The position numbers and the translations under genes were made by a program. A stretch of DNA of 64,000 nt. Source: Octopus sinensis (Eukaryota). Position 1 is the first letter of the stretch, and every line of letters begins with the position of its first letter. Below the pieces are notes generated by a model. The model ran no database searches. It saw only the letters and a list, made by a program, of their open reading frames with translations, and had not been told where the DNA came from. The stretch covers positions 161,138,001-161,202,000 of the forward strand of contig NC_042997.1 in NCBI RefSeq assembly GCF_006345805.1. Reading direction: 5' to 3'. Below, piece by piece: positions 15,053 to 27,645 of this stretch.

Positions 15053-15913
15053 TAGTGTGTGATAGGTAAATTGACGTCATTTTATACTTTTAATTTTGCA
15101 CATGCGCATTGGTTGCTTTTAATTTTGTCGACTACATAGTATAGTATGGCCAGTTGGGCCCTGTTTGTGAGAAAATCAGCACATTGACACAATTCCCTCT
15201 GCCATAGATTTGGAAACAACATGCTGTACTTCTTGGCATTCGCGCCAGAAGCTCCAATGCGAACATTTCAGAGTGTTTAGGTATCAATCTGAGAACAGTG
15301 CAGTCTAAGGACATGTACTGAGAGTGATAGAAATTAAACCTCCAATCAATATCATGGTGTTTGGAGTGATTACTAGAGATGGCGACGATATGCCTCTATT
15401 CATCTTTCCACACGGCCTCAAAATCAACACGGAGGTCTTCATCAAGTACCTGGAGGGTGTAGTGCTGCCCTAGGTGAAGAGGGTGGTTGCTGGATCACCC
15501 TATGTCTGGCAACAGGACTCTGCACCATGCTACACAAGCAGGAGGACCCAGTCATGGCTGTCAGACAATTTCTGTGACACATCACCACTAACATCTGGTC
15601 ACCTAACTCCCCAGACTCCAACCCTCTTGATTATTAAGTGTGGGTAGGGCAGTTGATACCAAAGATGAACTAAAAGCAAGGATTATGGCAGTATTCACCA
15701 ACTTAAACAAAGAGATCATCTAGAAGAGTTGCAGTAGGTTTCGAAGTTTCTGGAGGTCGTAGTTGAAGCCAATGACGATCTTATTGAATAAATTTACGCT
15801 TTAGCATCTCAAGATGTTTTTATATAATTTTGATAACTGTATCTGTTAAAATAAGGCGTCAGTGTTATTTTCATTTTGCGTAATTTAGAACATAGTTTAT
15901 TCACCGCACCCTG
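15053..15913 (+). mobile_element. Internally deleted Tc1/mariner-superfamily (maT-like) element
   Basis: Remnants MVFGVIT, YVWQQDSAPCY and WSPNSPDSNPLDY. Right TIR TTCACCGCACCCTG|TA. Degenerate left TIR TA|TAGTGTGTGATAGGTAAA. Confidence 0.8.
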
Positions 15914-15927
15914 TATACACACACACA

Positions 15928-15958
<31 letters not shown>

Positions 15959-16292
15959 CATTTATGTAAGTAAAGCAGCAAGAAAAATTCATTTAATCGA
16001 AAAGAAAAATGTAAATGCGTGTGTAGATATTCAATATACATAGTTCAACTTACAAATAAGATAGGTAGAGTGTTAAAAATCTTACCGCTGATTTAAAGGA
16101 CTTGCTGGTTCTGATAGATGACAGATGTTATCTATACACCAGTAATTTGAAAAATACCAACCCAATTTCTCCTCTTATTAACAACGGTATTAACTATTCC
16201 CTCAGAGCCTTTATCTGCTATCGAACCAGTTAATTCTTTAATAGCCATCCCTTATTCACTAATTTAACCTTTAACAACTGATACATTGTGGA

Positions 16293-16603
16293 GGCACATG
16301 GCCTAGTGGTTAGAGTAGCGGACTTGCGGTCGAGGGATCGCGGGTTCGAATCTTAGAACAGGTGATGAGTGTGTTTATGAGCGAAACACCTAAGCTCCAC
16401 GCGGCTGCGGCATAAGGTAAGGGTAAACTTGTGCTGACTCTTTCGCCACAACTTCTTCTCACTCTTTCCTCCTGCATCTTGCAGCTCACCTGCGACGGAC
16501 TGGCGTCCCATCTAGGTGGGGAGCCTATTCGCCAAGGAAACCGGGAAATCAGCCCTATGAGCTAGGCGTTGCCCGCGAAGGAACAAACAACAAACAAACA
16601 ACT
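16293..16603 (+). mobile_element. tRNA-derived SINE (family C)
   Basis: GGCACATGGCCTAGTGGTTAGAG...GGTTCGAATC head, ACGGACTGGCGTCCCATC body and (CAAA)n tail. A related copy lies at 52555-52832. Confidence 0.85.
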
Positions 16604-16827
16604 TATACATTACCTAAACCACTTTTCCCCTCTTCCTACCACTTTCCACCTTTACTACTAACAGTAACCTCATTTTGATCTTGAAATATATTTTCTCCAT
16701 CCTCCTGCCACTCTCTATCTAAACACCACCAACTCCCCTTCCTAATAAATGTAGCTCTCAATAAAATCATTTAAACTTTAACATCCATCATACCATCAAT
16801 TCAAATGCAAAACATTTATATAATTTT

Positions 16828-16918
16828 TCCTCTGAGGAAGGAGTCGGTGTCATCCAATAATGAACCTTAATCTCTGTCACATATCAGGAGCATCAAGACC
16901 CCTGAAACAACCGTAGGA
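16828..16918 (+). ncRNA. Partly decayed minimal type I hammerhead motif
   Basis: TCCT-CTGAGGA-AGGAGTC...GACCCCT-GAAAC-AACC-GTA-GGA. The core is intact and stem II pairs 6 of 7, but stem I is only 2 bp in register and the stem III loop is not palindromic. Confidence 0.5.
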
Positions 16919-17218
16919 CTTTTAAAACTCTACCTCGCTTATTTGTGATATCGTTTTTTTTTTATGTAAGTTGGCCTGTGTATTCCTAATATCCACACAC
17001 ATTTACATTTTTCATTTCGATTAAATGTATCTTTGTGTAAATAGACATACCTAGTTTGCTTATCGTTGCTTTACTTATCTAACAGCTCAAGTTCTAATCT
17101 CTTGAACGCTTCGAAGTGTTTCTATATATAGAGAACACCTGTCTCTAATATATATATATATGTAAATATATGTATATATGTAAATATATATGCATATATA
17201 TATATGTATGTATATATA

Positions 17219-17320
<102 letters not shown>

Positions 17321-17806
17321 TATATATGCACGCCCACTCATATGCATATGTGTATATGTATATATATATATATAGAGATGTAGATAGATAGATAGATATG
17401 TACTGCTCAGTGTTCATGTAACTATGTTCCCTCCAGCAAATAAATAAGGAAAGTAATGTCCTTCCCGAGCCATAGGTTCATGAAGCCGTTTTCCTGGATT
17501 CTTTGGGGTATATATTCCCACATGGACCACTCCATTATGAGATTACTTCATTTTAGTAGCACAGTGGACTAGAGTAACGTGAAACGAAGCGTTTTGTTCA
17601 AGAAAATAACGCAATATCCAATCTAGGAAACAAAGCTACAAGCTTACGACCATGAATGCAACATCCTACCCACTAAGCAAAGAGGTTCCATCAAGCAAAC
17701 AGTATATAACACTAATTGAAGCCGAGAGAATAAAGAGAGAAACTACGATTTTTTTTTTTTTTTTGGTTATTGATTTTAATACATTGGTATTAGTTATTTC
17801 CTTATA

Positions 17807-18317
17807 TCTATATATATAAAACTGTAGTTGTGTGAGTGTCTGTCCCCTTCGATTTAGATTCCTAACTCCTCCCACATTTTGCGGTGCAGTTTAACCAAAT
17901 TCGGGTATCTTATAGTCGGGATTCATATCAAGCCCGTCTGGCTATTAGCGCGCGTCTACGATGAGTCTACGATTTTAAAAATAATTTAACATCATTTTTT
18001 ATTCCATTTTAATGCATAATTTTTCGTGTGTCGATGGCGGCGGAGTTGGCGTCCACGCTCACACCTGCACCCGTTTGCTTCTCCCCCTTCCCTCCCTCGT
18101 GAAGCTGTGGGGAAGGGAGTGTAAAGAAATCAACGTCGTAATGCGTTGTCAAGGAGACCAGCGTTCTTTTAGAACAACGACTTCATGGCTTGAAGACACC
18201 AAAACAGAAATGGCTAAGAAAGCCCGAATTGGCATCTATAAGGGAAGTAACTCTCTAAAAAATGCTTATATAGTTATTTCCCTTACAAACCCGAGCAACG
18301 CCGGGCGATACTGCTAG
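17807..18317 (+). mobile_element. Non-autonomous Helitron
   Basis: A|TC start (TCTATATATATAAAA), 3' hairpin CCCGAGCAACGCCGGG, then CTAG|T, giving a canonical A|T target. The 3' end is shared with the Helitron ending at 12227. Confidence 0.85.
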
Positions 18318-19043
18318 TTTGATTATAAAATCAAAATAACACTTTGACTTCCTTCAGCTTTATTTTATTCAAATTATTACCTAACGCACACAATCATAGT
18401 CAGCTTTAATAGCATTCAAATAAATTTACGTAATTAAACCCAACTATTGGATTAATTGCATTTTCGTTAAATCAAGGAATATTATGAGGTTATCCTAACT
18501 TAGGGAATATAATGGATATAAAGTTGCAATGTTCGATTAAAATGCCATTCTGATTTTCACTTTTCATTATGCAGATTATTAACATAATGATCTATCTCTT
18601 TTACCATCTTAAAACACACTCTCAATCAATTTACATGTTGTGTGTGTGCGTGCGCGCGTGTGTGTAAATAAAAAAATACATTTCAGATAACTGAAAAGAC
18701 TTAATGGAAGCGTATTCATTGAATTTGAATTCAAGTCCTAACCTGTGAAATAATAAAACTCATTGGCTAATCTATCATTCATTTCGAATTTACGTATTTA
18801 TATATGTATGTACACACGCATGCACTACACACATACACTACACACATATATATGCATGTATACATATATATATGTGTATATGGATATATGCATATATATG
18901 TATATAGATATATGTATGTGTATATATATTTACACAGACGCACACATATGCATATATATATATGCGTATCTACATGCATATGTATATACGCATATATATA
19001 TATGTATATACATGCATACACTCGCGTGCGCGCACATATATAT

Positions 19044-19461
19044 TCTCTTTTACTCTTTTACTTGTTTCAGTCATTTGACTGTGGCCATACTGGAGCACCA
19101 CCTTTAGTCGAAAACATCGACTCCAGGACCTATTCTTTGTAAACCTAGTACTTATTCTGCCGGTTTCTTTTGCCGAACCGCTAAGTTACGAAGACGTAAA
19201 AGCACCAGCATCGGTTGTCAAGCGATGTTGTAGGACAAACACAGACACACAAACATATATATACACACACACACACATATATATACATATATACGAAGGG
19301 CTTCTTTCATTTTCCGTCTACCAAATATACTCACAAGGCTGGCTTTGGTCGGCCCGAGGCTATAGTAGAAGACATTTGCCTGAGGTGCCACGCAGTGGGA
19401 CTGAACTCGGAACCATGTGGTTCGTAAGCAAGCTACTTACCACACAGGCACTCCTACGCCT
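19044..19461 (-). mobile_element. tRNA-derived SINE (family A)
   Basis: Colinear with 950-1376, including the internal CA/TA tract. Confidence 0.85.
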
Positions 19462-19629
19462 TATATATGTACCACCGCGCGCGCACGTTTGTACGTGTTT
19501 GTATGTATATGTATACACACACACACACACACATATAAGTAATGGCTATTTTAATTTCGTTATCTTTTTTATATCCATAACGTAAGTCATTTAAGAAAAC
19601 CAGATATGTTAACTGAATATGTATTAACT

Positions 19630-19867
19630 GGACTCCAGCAGTCGCCCATGCATACCAGCCCCTCCTCTCTACGCCACCTCTGTTATCCAAGGGAAAAGGA
19701 AATTGGCCGATGCAGCTTGGCACAAGTGACGGCACAACTCATTTCTACAGCTGAGCAACGTGAAATAAAGTGTCATACTCAAGAACACAACACACAGCTT
19801 GGTCTGGGAATCGAACTCCCAACCTCCCGATCGTAAGCTCGATGCTCTAACCACTGAGCCATGCGCC
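19630..19867 (-). mobile_element. tRNA-derived SINE (family B), 3'-truncated
   Basis: Colinear with the head half of 6230-6568. Confidence 0.8.
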
Positions 19868-20063
19868 ATATATAACTAATTAAAAAGTGTGGCTTATTAG
19901 CAATTAGAAAGGCAAAATTAGTAGAGGTCACTTTTGCCTTTAGGTTCTAATTGCTAATAAGCCACCCTTTTCATTTAGCTGTTTACACTTACACCGTTTA
20001 GAAAATCAGCATATGATTTAAACGGTTTTTCTGAAATGACTTGCGTTTAAACCTAGGCTTTAA

Positions 20064-20120
20064 GAGTCGCTGATGAGAATTAAGGTGTCAACACCAAGAT
20101 TCGAGATCGCGATACGGTTT
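20064..20120 (+). ncRNA. Minimal type I hammerhead with one core substitution
   Basis: GAGTCG-CTGATGA-GAAT..GGTG(tcaa)CACC..ATTC-GAGA-TCGCGA-TA-CGGTTT. Stems I and II pair, stem III is the palindrome ATCGCGAT, and GAAA is changed to GAGA. Confidence 0.65.
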
Positions 20121-20282
20121 CATATGCTAGGGACTTACTTCCCTTTGTCAATCACTAAATTATAATGCTTTAGATTTAGTTTAATTATTATTTTAGCCTG
20201 ATCGGTGCTGACCAGCACCTTCCGTCACATTATTGACCTCTATTAATATATTTAATATGTGTGAAGGCGCGTGCGTGAGTGA

Positions 20283-20329
<47 letters not shown>

Positions 20330-20341
20330 CGTGTATGTGTG

Positions 20342-20400
<59 letters not shown>

Positions 20401-20816
20401 ATAGACAGATAGATAGATAGATGCAAAGAGGGACTGGGGTTGCTTTACACGTGCGTGCATATGTGTGTTTCTGTAATGAACAATATAATTTGGTGCATAC
20501 ATAGACGAGAAAACGTGCGACGGATGTGTAAAACAGCGTAAATTTAATTCGAAGCTGCAATCGCAGTTTTCCCTCTCGGTGGATCAGGAAAAAGTGAAAT
20601 GTACTTTATAAAAAGATCTCCATTTATTAATTGAATTGGCAATGTTCTTTGAGGTGTAATGTTTGATTTGGTCTATCGTAATTATTTTCGTATAAGGGGC
20701 CGTTCTTACTTTTTCTTTTCCTAGCAATTTCTATGTATTTTCATACTTTTTTTATCGGTAAGACATAGAACCTCAAGCAATGCTATTGAAAACCCAGGTT
20801 TCATTAAATTATGCAT

Positions 20817-20853
<37 letters not shown>

Positions 20854-21373
20854 CTCTCTATCTCTTTATGTCTCTGTCTGTATATATGTCTCTATTTCTA
20901 TCTATCTATCTATATACATACATGTATATATATATATATATGTGTGTGTGTGTCTGTGTGTGTCTGTGTGTATACGCACACATATATACACACACAAGTA
21001 CACATGCATATACACTGACACGTACACACACGCACGCACATACAAACACATGCTCATGCACATGAATGCACACACACACGCACAGACTTTCGCGCATGCA
21101 CATATCCATACATACACACACACCTCCTCTCACACTCTACTGTCTTAGAAAGAGCTTTTTCTTCACCCATTCCCTTCAGATAGTTTCAAAATGTAACCAC
21201 ATGTGAATCGTTGGCGATTTTCTTCATCTGTCTTCCTTTCTATTGAACTTCCCTCTGTTTCTGGAGAAAAGCGTTGCTCGAAATTTTAAACCATCTTTCT
21301 GTCCTTCCCTGAGCGTCTGCTAATACTTTACATGTACCATGTCCGCGCACTGTTGCTCTTCTATTTTTGAATT

Positions 21374-21404
<31 letters not shown>

Positions 21405-21433
21405 AGAAAAAAGTAACAAGAATGGATCAGTGG

Positions 21434-21508
21434 TTTAGTACAATTGTTTCATACTAAGAACATTTTATTTAAAGCTGCAAGTATAATGTCAAGCATTCAT
21501 CAGCTAAA
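21434..21508 (-). ncRNA. Intact minimal type I hammerhead motif
   Basis: TTTAG-CTGATGA-ATGCT...AGTAT-GAAAC-AATT-GTA-CTAAA: 5-bp stem I, 5-bp stem II, palindromic stem III ACAATTGT, GUA triplet. Confidence 0.82.
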
Positions 21509-21738
21509 TCACATATATGTTTTCCAAACATCCTAGAGAGTGTAAATATCCTTATGAAGTATTAGGAGTGAGTTCTATGAATTTGAAGTAAGATTATAAG
21601 CAGTTTTTTAAAAACTGTGTATTGTTTGGAAAACATATAAAGTCTGCTTATAATCTTACTTCAAATTCATAGAACTCACTCCTAATACTTCATAAGGATA
21701 TTTACACTCTCTAGGATGTTTGGAAAACATATATGTGA

Positions 21739-21825
21739 TTTAGCTGATGAATGCTTGACATTATATTTGCTGTAATATTTGCAGCTTTAAATAAAATGTT
21801 CTTAGTATGAAACAATTATACTAAA
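21739..21825 (+). ncRNA. Hammerhead motif, mirror copy with stem III mismatch
   Basis: Same motif with GAAAC-AATT-ATA (G to A) and a 12-bp insertion in the stem II loop. Confidence 0.65.
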
Positions 21826-21967
21826 CTACTGATCCATTCTTGTTACTTTTTTCTTGCTTATAATCACCCACATAATTTTATGGTTAATACCATAAAGAAT
21901 TCTGGTGCATCTAAGTTAAGTACCATATTCATTTGAATTCATTTGAATCTTAATTGTTTTGCTGAAA

Positions 21968-22035
<68 letters not shown>

Positions 22036-22040
<5 letters not shown>

Positions 22041-22260
22041 TTGTGCACCTAATATTAAGAATAAATTACTAAGCGCTCCTAAGCCACGGACAGAGGCAGG
22101 TTGTTCATGCAGGATTAGGAATGAATGCTCATTGCCGGCCGATGTAACACCGACGCTACAGTGTACCAAGCAAAGGCAGTCTCAAACGGAAGCAGCACAA
22201 ATATCAATAACATCAATGCCAACACAGGGAAATTCATGTCGGATCTTGTGATTCTAGATT
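22036..22260 (+). pseudogene. Penelope-like element linker/GIY-YIG endonuclease remnant
   Basis: Across one frameshift it reads TCAPNIKNKLL..AGCSCRIRNECSL-GRCNTDATVYQAKAV, resembling the PLE pattern SCMPN..CNCR..CPLxGxC..VVYQA. Recognised from memory, not searched. Confidence 0.6.
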
Positions 22261-22384
22261 TAAACTTCGCCTTATTTTTACGATACTTTTATAAAGAGCA
22301 AATATTTAAAACATCAATCTGCATAATGATTTATTGAATCCCAGTGGTTCTGATGATAAAAGCATGAATTGTGTTTACATCTCA

Positions 22385-22742
22385 TAGATGGCAGCTTCTT
22401 AACTACATGGTCCGGGTTCAGTCCCACTGCGTGGCACCTTAGGCATGTGTTTCTGCTATAGTCTCGAGCAGGCCAAAAGCATATGAATGAATTTGGTAGG
22501 CGGAAAGGAAGACCGTTGTATATATAAATGTATGTATGTATGTATGTATGTATGTATGTATGTATGTATGTATGTATGTATGTATGTACGTATGTATGTA
22601 TGTATGTATGTATGTGTGCATGTGTATGTGTGTGTTTGTGTCTGTGTTTGACCCCTACCATCATTTGACAACCGGCGTTGGTGTGTTTACGTCCCTGTAA
22701 CTTAGTGGCTCGGCAAAAGATGTCGATAGAATAAGTACCACA
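22385..22742 (+). mobile_element. tRNA-derived SINE (family A) with internal (TATG)n
   Basis: GGTCCGGGTTCAGTCCCACTGCGTGGCACCTT head and the same post-microsatellite segment as the other copies. Confidence 0.8.
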
Positions 22743-23204
22743 CAATTAACAACCACACAAAAACGAACGCAGAAGGTGCACAGCCCCAGATTTCATTTAA
22801 CCAAGATTTTGTAAATCAGTCTTTCATACATATACACATAAACAGGCATACACACACACACACATATACATACATACATACAACCACACACGCGCGCGTG
22901 CGTGTGGCGTGTGTGTGTGTGTATGTGTGTGTGTTTGTGTTTGTAAATATATGCAGGCATGTATAAGTAAAAGTAAGATAGACACAATTGCAACTTATCC
23001 CATTTGTTCCCAACGCACGTTACCATTGTGGCTATTTGCATCCTCTGCAGTGGATGTTTGTAGAGCAGTTCTTTTATGGAGCAGTTTATTACATTATGCT
23101 GAGAGAAAAGAATGTTGTGGTTGATGGCATCCACTCAAGATGAGCAAAAGTCATCAGCGGAATCCTGCAGGTTACTGTGCTGAGACCACTGTGCATATTC
23201 CATT

Positions 23205-24150
23205 GAACATAACGCCATTAAAATATTTGCAGATGACTCTAACCCTCAGAAAGACATTAAGGAAGTATATGATCAAACGATGCTTCAATTGAATCTATGC
23301 GCAGTAACCCAATGGGAACAGAAAACAATATGCAGCTGAACAAAGAAAAATTTGAGCTCATCCACTTTGGATAAGAAGGCACACTCAAATACTACTGTCG
23401 GGAGACCTACTTCAACTGTCGGACAATATCAGAGACTTAGGTGAACTGTCAATAGCAACATTAGCTGGAGTTTGCACATCAACAAAAAGTCAATGTTGAC
23501 TGCAGAATGTGCTCGTGGATCCTCAGAAATTTTCAATCTTGTGATCATGAAACCATCATCCTTCTCTTCTTCACATTCGCTAGGTTCCACCTCGAATATT
23601 GCTGCCCATTGTGGTCTCCCTGCAAAAAAAAAAACAAGACATAGTGAGGATCGAAGTGCCATAAAGCTCAAACATGAAAAAAAAAAATAATAATAAATTG
23701 CATGGCGGGACTTCATTATTGGACTCAACTTAAACAGCTGAAACTCTATTTACTGCTACGCTACCGTGAGCTGAACATTATTTGCACCATGTGGAAAATA
23801 TTCCACCAGTATTATCCAAATTATATCGGTATTATATTTTAAATGTCCTCAAGACTAGGCCCCCGTGCAATGCGTGCGCTATAAAGGTCGAGATCACATC
23901 ACATAAGAACATTGCGGCACAATTTCTTCACTGCAAATGGTCCTGCTCTTTTCAATGTTATCTCGAAAGAATTTTAAGAGGAAAAAGACCCCACAACTTT
24001 CAAACGGTCCCAGGACAAATACCTCCAGGAAATACCTGACAAACCACCTATACCTGATTACGTATGAGCCAACAACTCTCGGTTTGAGTGGTCCATGGTA
24101 CCCCGAAATAATTATTTAAAATACTTTTCTAGGTGGAAACCAATCTAAGT
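23205..24150 (+). mobile_element. Decayed CR1/L2-group LINE 3' fragment
   Basis: IKIFADDS, LNKEKFELIHFG, NIRDLG, HLEYCCPLWSP and DKYLQEIPDKPPIP remnants across frameshifts. Ends in CTAAGTTAT repeats. Confidence 0.75.
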
Positions 24151-25338
24151 TATCTAAGTTATATGTTGATGGTGATGCTGGGATCTTTGGCACTCTACAG
24201 TGACGCCCCGTTCTGCTGTTTGGGTAACTTTCAATGCCAAAGTTTGGTACAAGGACATCCAGGATTTTCCAATATGCATTCAGGTGTGTTCCAGCATGGC
24301 CGCTTTCAAATGATCAAATGACTGAAACAAGTAAAAGAATAAAATACACATACATACATACATAGATACATGCATACATATAATACATATTCATGTATAC
24401 ACACTCTCATATATACACTTACATTCCAACATACAAACGCGTGTACAGACTCCGCTCTCACTCTCTTTGTTAAGATATCAAACACTGAATATAAATTTAT
24501 TTAGGTTGACATCTTACTGACCATCAACTAATTAACATATAATCGCAATGCTGTAAACGTATTAAATTTTCTAAAGATGATCAATGTGTTGTTGCCTGTG
24601 AGCTAGGAATACGATTTATAACATGACAGGTCACGTTACCTAAACAGTGCATTATTGCATAGCTTTACGCCTCTAATTTGCCCATGACGTTTCTATTATT
24701 GAATTTTGACTGCATAACTTCAAGTTCATAAACCATTTATTATTGACTTAACACTTTCAACTGCCACTTACAACGAATACATTCTAGCTTCCGAAAATTT
24801 TCAAACTACTATTGCTAATATTTTCATGTATGTGTAAATATATAGACACAAAAGTCTTACTGTAAGGGAATTTTTAATTTACGATGCAAATTTCACGCCA
24901 AGGCGATATTAGATGATAACTGTTACAGTTTTAGTGATATATGAGTGGATTTGATGATAGTACTTACTTACTGGTTTGCGTATGCGTTTATTGATTGGTT
25001 GTTATTCTCCTGTCTCTTGCATCTGTTATATATTTTTGTTTCCTTACTCATCCTAATTTTTCTTAATATTTTAGCTAAGGCTGTTCTTTCGCCATGTTTT
25101 TTTATTTTATTATTATTTTTATTGTAATCTGTTGGCAAAGAAAGTTTGCAAGTAGGTTTAACTTTGAAACTAAATAAAGGTGCTTCATGGTTGTTCAAAT
25201 ATGATGCGGCTACTATAATTGCAGTAAGCATTTGGGATGTGCTTGCGTATACCTGTGTGCGTAAACATCTGGAATTTGTGTGCTTGTTTTTTCTGTCTGT
25301 GCCAAGTTGATTGGCATGACTAAACTATATGAATTTAA

Positions 25339-25569
25339 GGCGGCGAGCTGGCAGAAACGTTAGCACGCCGGGCGAAATGCGTTGCCGTATTTCGTCTGCC
25401 GTTACGTTCCGAGTTCAAATTCCGCCGAGGTCGACTTTGCCTTTCATCCTTCCGGGGTCGATAAATTAAGTACCAGTTACGCACTGGGGTCGATGTAATC
25501 GACTTAATCCCTTTGTCTGTCCTTGTTTGTCTCCTCTGTGTTTAGCCCCTTGTGGGTAGTAAAGAAATA
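25339..25569 (+). mobile_element. tRNA-derived SINE (family D)
   Basis: GGCGGCGAGCTGGCAGAAACG...GAGTTCAAATTCCGCCGAGGTCGACTTTGCCTTTCATCC..GGGGTCGATAAA..AAGTACC. Related copies lie at 31407-31545, 31607-31800 and 40895-41135 (minus). Confidence 0.85.
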
Positions 25570-25729
25570 TATATGAAATTGTATAAATGAATATATGTAT
25601 ATATAAATATATATGTGTGTGTTGGGTGTGTGTTCGTGTTTGTGTGTGTGCGCGCGTGTGCGTGTGCGTGTATGTGCAAGTGTTTGCGTGTATGGTTGTC
25701 CTGATGTGTATCATCGTGTTTCGAGTTTG

Positions 25730-26300
25730 GACCATTTTTCCTGATGAATTTTTTTGCTGACCGCAACATATCATTTACTTCCTCTTTACTAGAGTGTCTA
25801 TGTGCTTCGTGCGATTTTTATATTTTTCTGTGATGCACAGGTGACATTCTATTATTTACTATCTTAAATTTGTCATTATAATGTTGTCTTCTGATGCTCA
25901 GATGTATTTAGACCGCAACATTGAATTTCTTTAGGATAGGTTTCGGAATGTGTGCATGTTGTGTGTTATGTACATTGGTCTACGAAGATTTCACATGCAG
26001 CGTCGAGGAAATGTTTTTCGGTTTGTCCAAAGTTTTGGCATTTGCTATAAAAGCAATGCTTGTTTGGAAGCAGTTTCCTTGTCCCTTTTCTGATGGAATT
26101 ACGTAAATTTGAAAGAATGTTAATACATGCATACGATCGTTTCAAACAGCAATATTAACATGTAAATTCATGTATGCTCTTAATTTTCATAAGGATAAAT
26201 ATGAATATCAGAAAATCTTGTTTGTTTGAACTTCTTGCACTGAGGAGAACAGTGATATGTAATTCATTTAATTTAACCAAATTAATTGAATTATTCTACC
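25730..26300 (-). pseudogene. Penelope-like element thumb/linker/GIY-YIG remnant
   Basis: Minus-strand fragments LKRSYACIN, GNCFQTSIAFIAN, SKYI*, CHLCITEKY and TLVKR..ICCGQQK occur in the order expected for PLE SYSCMPN / CL..SVVY / LSKYIW / CNLCLTEK / LNKRSE..CRH. Recognised from memory. Confidence 0.6.
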
Positions 26301-26627
26301 ACGAATTTACATGTTAATATCACTGTTTGAAATGATTGTAAGCATGTATTAAAATTTTTTATTTATTAATTTCTATGGAATACTTTTTCCTTAAAATTCA
26401 CATAACAGACCATATATATATATATATATATATAAGTGTTCAATTTATAGGTGAAATCCAGGGAAATAATTAGAAGGTAGCCAAATGTCGCTTAAGTGTC
26501 CCAGGAATCAATGATCTCACTTGTATGAGAGATAATTCCGGGAAGAAGCGAAACGTATTTAGAACATAGGAAAAATTTAAAATAGAGACAAACGCTCAAG
26601 ATGTTAAAGCATTTATATCTTTATATT

Positions 26628-26678
26628 ATCTACATGTGTTTCGATGGAAGGATATAAACAATAGTACTCATCAAATTC
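26628..26678 (-). ncRNA. Decayed hammerhead-like motif
   Basis: TTGATGA...GAAAC-ACAT-GTA-GAT. C3 is changed to T and stems I and II are poor. It lies in a 290-bp unit between two (TA)n arrays. Confidence 0.35.
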
Positions 26679-26716
26679 TAATTAACTGATTTGAGAAACT
26701 CCAATATATGTTACTC

Positions 26717-26761
<45 letters not shown>

Positions 26762-26762
<1 letters not shown>

Positions 26763-27645
26763 GGGGTTGGACAAATTAATGGAAACACCTAGCACCATGG
26801 CATCATAATTTTGAAATATTAATAAAACCGTCAAAAGCTTGTATACTTTTATGTTTTTGATTTATCATTAGTGTTGCTTAATATGTTTTGCTAAAATTGC
26901 TGTTTCTTTTCAGATATCATCAGAAAATGGTAATTAAAATTCATTAAAATAACCGATCTAACAGACTTTCAAAGAGGTCAAATTGTTGGTGCTCGTATGG
27001 CAGGCGCTAGCGTAACGAAAACAGACGAAGTGTTTGGTGTACCAAGAATTACTGTCTCGAAAGTAATGACACCCTTTGGGAAAGAGGGTAAAACCTGCTC
27101 GTCGGAACAAAACTCCAGAAGAAAACCAAAACTTTCAGATAGGGACCGTCGGACTCTTACGCGAATTGTTAGAAAGGATCACAAAAGTACAGCTCTCAAA
27201 ATTACGGCAGAGCGTAATGAACCCCTCGAGAAACCAGTTTCCACAAAAACTGTTCGACTGGAGCTACACAGAGCTGGATCTCATGGAGGGCTGGAATTAG
27301 AAAACCACTACTTTCAAAAACAAACGCTGCAAAGCGTTTGGAGTACAGTAAAAACCTACAGAATTGGTCCCTAGAGCAGTGGAAAAATTTTATTTCCTCG
27401 GGCGATTCATCCTTTATCTCATTTCAAACCACCGGCCGAGTAGACGTGTGGAGACAGCCAAAAGAAGCATTGACCTAGACTGCCTTTTTCCAACTGTCAA
27501 ACAAAGATCTGTGATGATCTGGGAGGTGGGGGTATATCTTGGAAATCCGAGTGCCCAACGGTTTCACTTCATGGCAGAAGTTAAAGTCATGACTATTTAA
27601 GCATTTTATCTGATCCAATTCATCATATGGTTGCGGAACCGCTTT
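26762..27645 (+). mobile_element. Tc1-family element, 5' portion only
   Basis: TIR AGGGGTTGGACAAATTAATGGAAACACC and DFQRGQIVGARMAGASVTKT. Colinear with 56154-57413 until it stops at 27645. Confidence 0.9.

Larger units (their letters stand above)
21404..21968. mobile_element. Fold-back hammerhead mini-element in (TA)n (putative non-autonomous Penelope-like derivative)
   Basis: Near-identical inverted arms 21404-21603 and 21644-21855, an extra 113-bp tail 21856-21968, and (TA)n on both sides. Confidence 0.8.
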
